DNA from: a virus
Taxonomy: Duplodnaviria; Caudoviricetes
Direction: 5' to 3' (one strand)
DNA length: 64,000 nucleotides
IMG/VR virus record: IMGVR_UViG_3300001525_000272
Span: 1 to 64,000 of that record
The translations under genes were made by a program, and so were the position numbers. The notes under the pieces are model-generated. The model saw only the letters and a program-made list of their open reading frames with translations, was not told where the DNA came from and made no database searches. Of this stretch, positions 11,001 to 19,467 are shown piece after piece; positions within the stretch are counted from its first letter, which is position 1, and every line of letters starts with the position of its first letter.

Positions 11001-14000
11001 TTGCTGCATCAGACAATGATCAAATTGATCATTCTATCAATCTTGTATTTGTGAAACCAAAGGGAACTTATGCTGATAGTTATCCTTACATATACAAGAG
11101 AGTTGATACAGTAAATGCTTCCAGTAATAGAGTAGAATACAATTGGGAATTATGTACTGAGAATAGAATTTATGATGTCAATCTTGGCATCAATTCCAAA
11201 CTCATTGAATACATTGAATCTAAGTATGCACAAGATTCCCAGTATTATATTGATATAATTAGTGATTTTAATGAAGGTATCAATAACTATATCATTAATA
11301 AGTTAGAACTTGATAATTCTGTTACTGATATTACTATTGCTAACATGTTATCCAATAATATTATCAATAATATTATCAATTTCTTTAAACCAAAGAGAGC
11401 AAGAATTTTGTTTGTTGATAATACTATTGAATGTAATAGTGGTACAAACAACTATCTTGATAATCTTGATTTTAGGAATAGTGATTATAACTATTATGAT
11501 CTTGCTTCATATAAATATGATGTACTTGATAAGAGAAGATTCAGTAAATTAAATCGTGTTAGAGTTCGGGAAGTAATTAATGATTATTTGCCGCTCCACG
11601 ATATGATATACAAGTCTCTTGATAGTGATTACCAAGTATATAGTAGTCGCGAACTATACACTGGGAATTCTAAAATACCCTCTATTGAGTTGTATGATAA
11701 TATCATAGATTTTAATACACAGGCATTTGATGGTATTGCTGCTTCATTTTATGTAGAAGGATTTAGTTTACATGTAAATATGAATGGTTTCTATTATAAG
11801 AAACCAGATACTGAATTGTATACTAATAATAGATACTATTTTGAAAAGGTTCCTTTCCTTTATCATAATAGTTATGGCAGAATTGTATCTGAAAAGAGAT
11901 GGGCTTTATTTGATTGTAATAATGATGTTGCTACTTATGAAACAGCATTATATGTAGCAAATGTAAGTAGTAATAAACCATACAGTGATGCTACTACTGA
12001 AGTAATATATGCAATCAATAGAACTGACAATGATGATATTACTACTAAAGAAAAAGAGCCCTATATCTATCATCCAAAATATATTGATGGATTGGTATAT
12101 AATGAAGGTAGATTCCAGTTTAATAAACGAGTCAAAATTAACTCAAGAACTATAAAACCATCACTTTACTTTGATTCATTTGATATTGGTGAATGTAATG
12201 GTTTCTACTATCAGGATTCAACACTTTATCCTGATAGAAATGGTAAACCTGTTTATTTCAATCAAAACGGAAAGATTTTGACATATGTAGACATTTCTGA
12301 TTATTATAAAATCAATGATAATTATGATTTACATGATTATGAAACCGGAAGATTTTGGTTGATTTTAAGTAATAAACAATATTCCAACTTTAATGATTGT
12401 GATTATTTTGCATTTTGTTGGGATGGTGATGAAACTATAAATGTAATTAATGATAATAGATTTACAAAGGATTTCCATAAAGAAATCAATACTTATACAG
12501 ATAGAGTATTTAGAGGTTATACTATAGATTATGTAACCGAACATGAAGAAATTATAGTTGATAAATTTGCTGCAAGAAAACCAAAATATGATATCTATAA
12601 GAATCAGAGATTTAACCACTTCAATACTATAAAAGAAAGTGAACAACCCACTGCTTGTATTGAAACAAGAAATAAAGTAACAAGAAATATTATTCCCGGA
12701 AATAGTATTACTATTAGTGGTGAAGATGTATCATTTAAACCAAATAAAGAAGCCAATACTTATGGTGCCATAGCAATTTCTAATGAATTGGGTGAAATTG
12801 AATTTGATATTGATCATCTTATTAATGATACTTGGTCAATTGCTTGTAGTATTTATCCAGAAGATGCTGAAGCAGTAAAGAAATTATTTGGAGATGAAAC
12901 AGATATTGTTCCAAGTAAGTGGTATATGACTGTTTTAACATCTGAATTGAATTTTGATTATTATCTTCCTCTTTGCAGAAAATTCCATTATGATAATAGT
13001 TTGAAGTATCTTAATCCGATAAGAATTAAGATGACTAAGAGAGACGAAGAACTCCTTGAGTATAAAAAGCAAAGAAATACTGAAATCAATAAACTCAATA
13101 AGAAAGATGTCTATTATAACGAAAAGTTGGCAGAAATTAATGCAAGATATGATAAGCTTGTTTTGGAGAAGAAGACTGAGTATGTCGATTTGATTTCTGA
13201 TGAAGTAAATCTTATTACTGCTCCGATTTATGAATATGCAAATGATATAGATAGTAATACTTTGGTTAAAACATATGTAGAGTATATTACAAATCTGTTT
13301 AATGGAGTAAATCCATATACAGATACTTGTAAGACTTACATGAATAATTTGATTTTTGCTCTTGAAATATTCAGAGATAAACCAAATGATACTACAACAC
13401 TCAATGCTACTATACTTGAGACTGTAGTAGAGAAAGCTAAAGTATCTAATAAATTAGCTTCTGAATTTTCATATAATAAGTTTTATGTAAATGGTAAACT
13501 TGATCCAATATCTGATCATACATATATTGATAAATATAAGAATTTGCAATTCTATGGGTGTAATATAAGAATTGATGAATTTGGTGTTTGGGATAATGTA
13601 TTGAGTGATTGGTATATCAATGTAATCACTAAATTTAGAATTTTAAGACATAGACCCGAACCACAACAATCAAAGACTTCAAAATCGAAGAAGAATTTTA
13701 GACCATTGTTTGTACAGGAAGGTAGAAGTGTTTTCTATAGAGAACAGTTGGGTGTTCCTGAAAATACAAAAGGTGGAAGAATCAATCCTTATAATGCTGA
13801 TCCGACTAACAGGGGTGATAAATTCTTATCTGAAATGAATCCATTATGGAGAAAGGATCTTTCAGAAACAGAAAATCATAATTTGATAGTAAAGAACGGA
13901 ACTGATACCGAACTCATTAGACATTATATTAATGACGGTGAAACTTTAAATAGTAGTTCTGATTACTTATCTGATGATAGAATTCCTTTCTGGTGGATTA

Positions 14001-17000
14001 GATCAAAGGAAGAATATAGAACCGGTCCAATTCATCACAATCCTGTTTATATTTCTATAAAGGAAAAGATTGTTGAAACTTATCCGGATATCAAGAGAAA
14101 AGGTATTGAACATGAACCGACTGATTATTATGATCAATATCTGAATTTTGATGGTATAAATAATGAAGATACTAGTTACTATAATGGTACTAAAATCATA
14201 ATTACTGCTAATGGTGATCAAACATATCAAGAATCTACATATGATGTAGTTACTAAATATAGTAGCACATTTGATAGATATTATGATGGTGAATATAAAG
14301 AAAAAGATATTAAATTAGAGAATTACGGTGGTACATATATTTCTGAATTATCTGACAAAAATATAGCTCTTCCTGATGTAGCGCAACAACATTTGACAAA
14401 AGTTCAAATGTCAAATGGTATATTCCATGATAATCTGAAGTATTTTACTAATGATGCTGAGTATAGTTATCTTAATGGTATATGGACAATTAAAGACCAT
14501 GTAGATTCATATCAAGATGGTGACTTTAATATGTGCTATCAATTGAATAATCTTGAAGCTGTTCTTACTTATCAGAGAGCCAGTGGTTATTTCTGGTGGG
14601 AAATTAGAAGGAATACGGTTGATGGTTGGGTTACTGTAGCAAGAACTTTTGTAAATAATAGGAGAAACCATTCAAGAAAACTCAATTGGATGGAATATTA
14701 TAACTGGAATCAAATTGATCTTGCTTCTCAGAGACTTTGTAAATTTGATGAAAATGTATATGAAGATTTTGCAACTAAACCGTGGGAAGATGTAAATCAA
14801 GAACTTCTTGATGGATATAGATTTACTTGTGGTATATGGATTAAGTTAGAGATTGAAGATATAAAGAATGACAAGTTCTATAGTCCAGAATCTGTTTTCT
14901 TTAATGGAAAGAATCTTTATTTCTATGATGATAAAGTAAATCTCAAGTGGTATAAGATTAAGAATAAGTGTGATATCGATTGGGAAGGTAAAGAAGAATT
15001 CTTTGATAATACAAAGAGAACTCCAAGTAATTTCTTATATAGAAATGGTTATCTCTATTATCATACCGGTAAAGAATGGATAAGAATTCAAGTTACTAAT
15101 ATCATTAGTGATAATGCTGAATGGAGTAAACATTATCAATTATGGAAATTTGAAAAGAGTACTGATAAGTATTTTGTATACATGAATGTTATAGATTCTT
15201 CAGATTGTGAAACATTTGAAGATAGTTACTATAATCCTGACAATATAGTATTCATGGAAACTTATATCAAATTAGTACGATTCAATGGTGTAAGTAGTTA
15301 TGATTGGGCTACTAATGAAGGTAATGAATTTATTGAAGCCAAATCAGTAAATAATGAATACTCACCCAATAGATGTTATATTAAAGATCATGTAATTGTT
15401 TATCAATTTGATAAATTTGTATTTGAAGCTTCAGGACATTTAAAATGGACTTATGATGGATCATACAGATCACTTGTTACTTTTATGAAGACTGAATTAA
15501 AAGATAAAATTACATTAAGTGGTGGTAGTGGTACTTATAAAGTTGAATATTCAGATTCAAAAGATGGTCCATGGGAATCCAATAATACTTTCTGCAGGGA
15601 TGTTGGTTCCTATGATATGTACTTATTGGGTATTGACTTGCGTCTTAAAACATCAAATGTTCAGCATATAGAATGTACAATAGAACCGAGATCAATATTG
15701 GATATTCATATTTATGGTGATAAAATTGGTACAAAAGATGGTAAAGATATTTATGCTACAGATGGCATCAGAATATTAAACAATAATCAAATTTTTGATG
15801 GAAATAGAAAGATTCCTCAAATTGAAATTACGGATGTATTAGTACCAACAGAAAAAACTACAGCAGAAAATATAATAACTGTAAGTGATTATGAAATATC
15901 ATATCCGGATATGATAAATCCCGGTACGTATACGATTATAATAACAGGTAAAAATAATTACAAAGATTCAAGAGAGATAGATTATGTAGTTAAGGAAGCT
16001 GAAAAATTACTTGATCCTCCTGTATATTCTGATTATGTATATAATGGGGTTAAACCAAATATGACGGAACTTACGCCTGATTATAAACCTGTTACAGTAG
16101 AAGCTTCTTGGTCTGGTACTGAACACGTTGGTGATTATAATATTACATTAGAAATTACAGATAATAGTGGTTATAAATGGTCAAATACAAAGAGTACAAC
16201 ATGTACCTCTACATTTAGAATTATTCAAGCTACTAATGAATGGACTAAATTGCCAACTGTAGGAAGTTGGAAAGTTGGGGAGGAATCAAAGATTACACTT
16301 GGTGAATCCAAATTTGGAACACCATATGTAAGATATTCAGGAACCACATTTACTGGTAAGACTGTAAGTAATGTAACAGACATTAAAGAACTCGAACCCG
16401 GTAATTATGTAGCAATATTTAAAGTAGATACCAATTCGTATAATGATTATACATCAATTTCCTATGGTGGAACTGATATTGAAAATACACAGTTTACTTA
16501 TGGTTATTCAGATTTTGTATTTACAATAAAACAAACTTCTACAAGTAAATATACTAATGAATATGATGGAACTTCTAAATCGTTTACATACTATAAAAAC
16601 AAATATAAAGATACAGTAACATTAACTGGTGGTAGTGGTAATTATACAACTGAATATTCTCAATATGAAACCGGTCCATGGTCAAGTAGTGATTTTGTGT
16701 ATACAAACGCTGGTAACTATGTTACTTATGTAAGAGTTACAGATAATGTATCAAAGAATTCTATAATTCAAGATGCTGCTATTTCTATAACAGCTCGTAA
16801 CATTAGTAAGGCTACACATTTGATATCTAATAATAACTATATATATGATTCTACTGTTGTAAAACCAAATATTACAATAACTGATATAGTTAATAGGAAG
16901 AGTATAATTAGTAGTAATGATTATACTATATCTTATCCTGTTATGATGAATATCGGAACATATACCATTAAAATTACAGGTAAATATAACTATACTGGAA

Positions 17001-17593
17001 CAATTAATAAACCATTTGTAATTCAAAATGCTGCTGATATTGCTGTTCCTAATATAGAATCCAAGACTTATACTGGTCGGCTTCAATTTGCTGACATATC
17101 AGGAAACGATTACTATAAAGTTATAGAAAATAATGGTGGTATTGATGTTGGTAGTTATAATGTTATATTAGAACTCAAGAAGTCTGGTTACAAATGGAAT
17201 AATGGTACTAGTATACCTCGTGTTACTATACCGTTTGAAATAACTAAGGCGGAAAATAGTTGGGTTTCAGAACCATATATTAGAAACTGGACATATGGTG
17301 ATAAAGGATTTTTCCTTAAGGGTTCTCTTAAGTTCGGTACTCCGACAGTTGAATTTTATAATACCAATGGAATTAAGTTAAGCAGTCAACCTGTTGATGC
17401 TGGTGACTATACAATGATTTGCTACGGTACAGAAACTAATAATTGGAATATGAGCAGTAAGATTAGTAAACCATTTACAATTTATCAGAAAGAATTAATA
17501 ATTACTTCTAGTAATGGTGATATATGGACATATGATGAAAATAGTTATAGTTCGGAAAGTATAACTGTTTCTGGTCTTGTAGAAGGAGATTAA
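8057..17593 (+). CDS. Giant baseplate-wedge-anchored adhesin (gp7/gpI-like N-terminus, LamG-like segment, Ig-like/MBG repeats)
   Basis: N-terminal LCDLYSIKGSSDSVIRALKIVG...IREGW resembles baseplate wedge proteins. TWSIACSIYP...IDEFGVWDNVLSD is LamG-like. C-terminal ~700 aa has duplicated Ig-like repeats (YDG..., NDYTISYP...GTYTIKITGKYNYTG). Ends mid-domain at SGLVEGD*. Confidence 0.65.
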   Translation: MIATVDSFIRIFKFYQQNTLASIEEKFKANTLRYEDTVDVYLNSLVLDKATQLSYNSDSSTIQIALDARKKMSTYFKHVLYPGSYAFNTRDNASFRKMILDWTSTIKTIQNSSKQLTDVYSLSSEDIDKALRGFGASFINHSSLPSLEKRKSFLLNLCDLYSIKGSSDSVIRALKIVGLTNIYIREGWLFKTDNNDLKFQWKIQKSKNSFNDETLSYEDTDTLDDLIFDWNWFEEKIAEGSTHYDDHWMYTKDEILEIENNTSNYIKLPSITPYFGIEFVTESDTQTDTTETITHELDQQFKRYLQNQDKLSDRCIDINNFDDRLSLLECYIGLVYSLIRFDDHFLYENFKSYLEKSEYRDIPDATTKYSYFELVYWFYRVKIAEKLISGDLSKINEAEVAKAVLKNYIPLKSVDYCNYQQLMRWWLTSDYIESEKKTLDILYIKPIKTNDYAGYVELQWDSPFDIGKCDIECYSSSRVSDTSDGWMVIEKGINCTQSTMKKIVSIEDVDEYGANVNYFRIVYYHTLSNIPSVFFEAPFYFDYKNSDSYLDRIIRYNGITLGLSLYNDEEIKNAFKKQNIQITTSNYDIISNYRYLQNSIFKTRVTNLGTDVSTFYSSAYNYPSITKLYEDKWMNINNDFFNYVDWSIKDFTDTQKHVGIFPNPRNIWISDDKSRTFTKKWPVNYKWNWAIDNRYYYICYEANKWCRIKIDKFVDIEPSTLVGSTNNSITYGDKVFVDNTLYVYVANNKFAKILNSEYNWGVLDCNVLPNGKIKVDSFLFRDIAVAKIEDKNILSYIRIDCNYNESTNIREEATKVLKTIRIEVLKDPYSNTNSISSYTYEDFLKYLYATRLTIDLDTGYIYPVFYHYKDNDRICFKCKTTGGDGNEKWVRIVPEYDWDLTLTENSDGTYTAVDGEETYTLSTIYSDWEYTRTVDSKGNVTITKTSNGVNLGYLFPLCTFPNRYDSLRFLDGPVFNSYDELIAASDNDQIDHSINLVFVKPKGTYADSYPYIYKRVDTVNASSNRVEYNWELCTENRIYDVNLGINSKLIEYIESKYAQDSQYYIDIISDFNEGINNYIINKLELDNSVTDITIANMLSNNIINNIINFFKPKRARILFVDNTIECNSGTNNYLDNLDFRNSDYNYYDLASYKYDVLDKRRFSKLNRVRVREVINDYLPLHDMIYKSLDSDYQVYSSRELYTGNSKIPSIELYDNIIDFNTQAFDGIAASFYVEGFSLHVNMNGFYYKKPDTELYTNNRYYFEKVPFLYHNSYGRIVSEKRWALFDCNNDVATYETALYVANVSSNKPYSDATTEVIYAINRTDNDDITTKEKEPYIYHPKYIDGLVYNEGRFQFNKRVKINSRTIKPSLYFDSFDIGECNGFYYQDSTLYPDRNGKPVYFNQNGKILTYVDISDYYKINDNYDLHDYETGRFWLILSNKQYSNFNDCDYFAFCWDGDETINVINDNRFTKDFHKEINTYTDRVFRGYTIDYVTEHEEIIVDKFAARKPKYDIYKNQRFNHFNTIKESEQPTACIETRNKVTRNIIPGNSITISGEDVSFKPNKEANTYGAIAISNELGEIEFDIDHLINDTWSIACSIYPEDAEAVKKLFGDETDIVPSKWYMTVLTSELNFDYYLPLCRKFHYDNSLKYLNPIRIKMTKRDEELLEYKKQRNTEINKLNKKDVYYNEKLAEINARYDKLVLEKKTEYVDLISDEVNLITAPIYEYANDIDSNTLVKTYVEYITNLFNGVNPYTDTCKTYMNNLIFALEIFRDKPNDTTTLNATILETVVEKAKVSNKLASEFSYNKFYVNGKLDPISDHTYIDKYKNLQFYGCNIRIDEFGVWDNVLSDWYINVITKFRILRHRPEPQQSKTSKSKKNFRPLFVQEGRSVFYREQLGVPENTKGGRINPYNADPTNRGDKFLSEMNPLWRKDLSETENHNLIVKNGTDTELIRHYINDGETLNSSSDYLSDDRIPFWWIRSKEEYRTGPIHHNPVYISIKEKIVETYPDIKRKGIEHEPTDYYDQYLNFDGINNEDTSYYNGTKIIITANGDQTYQESTYDVVTKYSSTFDRYYDGEYKEKDIKLENYGGTYISELSDKNIALPDVAQQHLTKVQMSNGIFHDNLKYFTNDAEYSYLNGIWTIKDHVDSYQDGDFNMCYQLNNLEAVLTYQRASGYFWWEIRRNTVDGWVTVARTFVNNRRNHSRKLNWMEYYNWNQIDLASQRLCKFDENVYEDFATKPWEDVNQELLDGYRFTCGIWIKLEIEDIKNDKFYSPESVFFNGKNLYFYDDKVNLKWYKIKNKCDIDWEGKEEFFDNTKRTPSNFLYRNGYLYYHTGKEWIRIQVTNIISDNAEWSKHYQLWKFEKSTDKYFVYMNVIDSSDCETFEDSYYNPDNIVFMETYIKLVRFNGVSSYDWATNEGNEFIEAKSVNNEYSPNRCYIKDHVIVYQFDKFVFEASGHLKWTYDGSYRSLVTFMKTELKDKITLSGGSGTYKVEYSDSKDGPWESNNTFCRDVGSYDMYLLGIDLRLKTSNVQHIECTIEPRSILDIHIYGDKIGTKDGKDIYATDGIRILNNNQIFDGNRKIPQIEITDVLVPTEKTTAENIITVSDYEISYPDMINPGTYTIIITGKNNYKDSREIDYVVKEAEKLLDPPVYSDYVYNGVKPNMTELTPDYKPVTVEASWSGTEHVGDYNITLEITDNSGYKWSNTKSTTCTSTFRIIQATNEWTKLPTVGSWKVGEESKITLGESKFGTPYVRYSGTTFTGKTVSNVTDIKELEPGNYVAIFKVDTNSYNDYTSISYGGTDIENTQFTYGYSDFVFTIKQTSTSKYTNEYDGTSKSFTYYKNKYKDTVTLTGGSGNYTTEYSQYETGPWSSSDFVYTNAGNYVTYVRVTDNVSKNSIIQDAAISITARNISKATHLISNNNYIYDSTVVKPNITITDIVNRKSIISSNDYTISYPVMMNIGTYTIKITGKYNYTGTINKPFVIQNAADIAVPNIESKTYTGRLQFADISGNDYYKVIENNGGIDVGSYNVILELKKSGYKWNNGTSIPRVTIPFEITKAENSWVSEPYIRNWTYGDKGFFLKGSLKFGTPTVEFYNTNGIKLSSQPVDAGDYTMICYGTETNNWNMSSKISKPFTIYQKELIITSSNGDIWTYDENSYSSESITVSGLVEGD

Positions 17594-17597
17594 TATC

Positions 17598-19367
17598 ATG
17601 CCTATTAAAGCATCAAATTTTCCAAAAATAACTAATGCCGGTACAGTAAAAAATACATTTGATTATGAATTTATAGCTCCAGCAAAAGCATCCAACTATA
17701 AGGTTACTGTAAAATATGGTACTCTCATGGTTATTAAAGCTCGAAATTATTGGATAAATAAACCAGAAATTAGTTATAAAATAATCGATGAAATTTTCTG
17801 GAAAGTATTTCCAAAACCAAGATTTGGAAATCCGGTAATTACAAATTCCGCCAATAATCGTGTTGGAATTGAAGTTCCAACTACAGATAATTATTATGAT
17901 TCTCTACTTGATTTTTATAATTGTGATTATTATGATGGTAAAGTTATTGATGGTATAATTATTAATGCTGATACTAAAACAGAATATCCCGGAACTACAT
18001 TCCAACTTACAAATGATACAATTTCAGATGATCCAACAATTCCTTTTGATGTTTATTGTAATTTTAAATTAAAACTACCAGAATCAATTCGTAATTGGAT
18101 AATAACTAATAATGAATCAATTAGATTATTTGTACAACCAACAATTAATTTAACTTGTACAGATTCTTATGTTACACCAGTATCTAATAATAGTGGTGTA
18201 ACAGTCAGTGATTCTTTTGTTACAACCAATAGTCGACTTCACAGTTTGATTACATCAGATTCAGAATTACTTATTAATAGTAAAACCGCTATTCCAACAT
18301 CTAATCAGATTGAATTTAAATTAAAAAATTCACCATCAGTTAAAAGTATCGGTCTCGGTTCTGTGCAAAATACAGATGCATATTTTACAACAAGTGATAT
18401 TACTGAAAAGATTAATGGTGTAAAGACGGTTACAGGAAAAATTATAAAAGGTTATAATAAAGATTATAAGACTAATGTATTAGATAAGTTAAGTAGCTAT
18501 ACTCTTGCCATACCAAATAATATTGGTGGTGTTCCTGTAAAAAGAATAGCAGATGAAGCATTTCGATATAATACCAAAATAAAATCCATTATATTTCCGT
18601 ATGGTTTGGAATTTATTGGTAGTCTTGCTTTTAATGAATGTACAGGTTTGGTTGGTGATATTTATATACCATCTACTGTTACTCAAATTCATCATTGTTG
18701 TTTTAGAAACACCAATTTGTCTAATGTATATATTTTGGGTCAATCATTTTTAAAATATGGGTATGAAGGTGAATATGGTTTAAGTCACTTCCCATTTAGA
18801 ACAGAAAAAAAGGTTAATTTCAGAAATATAACTTTGCATTTTAATGATGATATTTTAAATAGACCATATACATCACCATCCGGTACTAAATATAATACAT
18901 ATAAAGATTTTGTATTTAAAGTATCTGGATGTACCCAATATGGTGTAGCCGGTAGTACAAAAACTAATACTATAATAAAAAATGATTATCAATTTCGGAA
19001 TGTACATATTAAATCCAAAGCAACTATTAATAATTATAATTTAACTTTAAAAGCTAATTATCAAAAAACATTTCTTAAATATAGTGATTATGATGTTAGT
19101 TTATTACGTACTAAAGAAAAGACTAAACCAACAACTATAAACTTGGATTTTTGTGTTAGTGGGGAAACTTGTATATACGATTTAAATAATGATTATAAAG
19201 TAGATTCAACTGAACTCAGTTTGGCAGATAATATTATAAATAATAGATTTAGCGGCGAATCTTATGATTATATATACTATCTTCAAAATAGACTTTTACA
19301 ATGTAGCGAAAATCGTAATATGACTGAAGCATACAATAACCTAAAGAAAATAGTAGGATATCAATAA
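17598..19367 (+). CDS. Continuation of the giant adhesin: second half of an MBG-type Ig domain, BspA-type LRR, dockerin/EF-hand-like motif
   Basis: Begins ...KITNAGTVKNTFDYEF...SNYKVTVKYGTLMV (C-half of an MBG repeat). IPNNIGGVPVKRIADEAF...IIFPYGLEFIGSLAFNEC...IPSTVTQI is LRR_5/BspA-like. DLNNDYKVDSTEL near the C-terminus. Confidence 0.65.
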   Translation: MPIKASNFPKITNAGTVKNTFDYEFIAPAKASNYKVTVKYGTLMVIKARNYWINKPEISYKIIDEIFWKVFPKPRFGNPVITNSANNRVGIEVPTTDNYYDSLLDFYNCDYYDGKVIDGIIINADTKTEYPGTTFQLTNDTISDDPTIPFDVYCNFKLKLPESIRNWIITNNESIRLFVQPTINLTCTDSYVTPVSNNSGVTVSDSFVTTNSRLHSLITSDSELLINSKTAIPTSNQIEFKLKNSPSVKSIGLGSVQNTDAYFTTSDITEKINGVKTVTGKIIKGYNKDYKTNVLDKLSSYTLAIPNNIGGVPVKRIADEAFRYNTKIKSIIFPYGLEFIGSLAFNECTGLVGDIYIPSTVTQIHHCCFRNTNLSNVYILGQSFLKYGYEGEYGLSHFPFRTEKKVNFRNITLHFNDDILNRPYTSPSGTKYNTYKDFVFKVSGCTQYGVAGSTKTNTIIKNDYQFRNVHIKSKATINNYNLTLKANYQKTFLKYSDYDVSLLRTKEKTKPTTINLDFCVSGETCIYDLNNDYKVDSTELSLADNIINNRFSGESYDYIYYLQNRLLQCSENRNMTEAYNNLKKIVGYQ

Positions 19368-19387
19368 TTAACTAATATGATTAACGA

Positions 19388-19402
19388 GAACAAAATCTAA
19401 AT
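19388..19402 (+). promoter_or_regulatory. Putative phage late promoter (GAACAAAATCTAAAT)
   Basis: Intergenic, 80 nt upstream of 19468; near-identical to the 8001 copy. Confidence 0.55.
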
Positions 19403-19467
19403 TGTTTTTACACGATAAGTGACAATTTGAATCTCACAATTTTCTTTTTCAGAAGGTTTTAAAAATT

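Noticed and set aside
17583-17594. prfB-style programmed +1 frameshift at GGA GAT TAA with an upstream SD
   Set aside because: tRNA-Asp cannot re-pair from GAT to ATT, so a classical slip is unlikely. Kept only as a split-gene observation.
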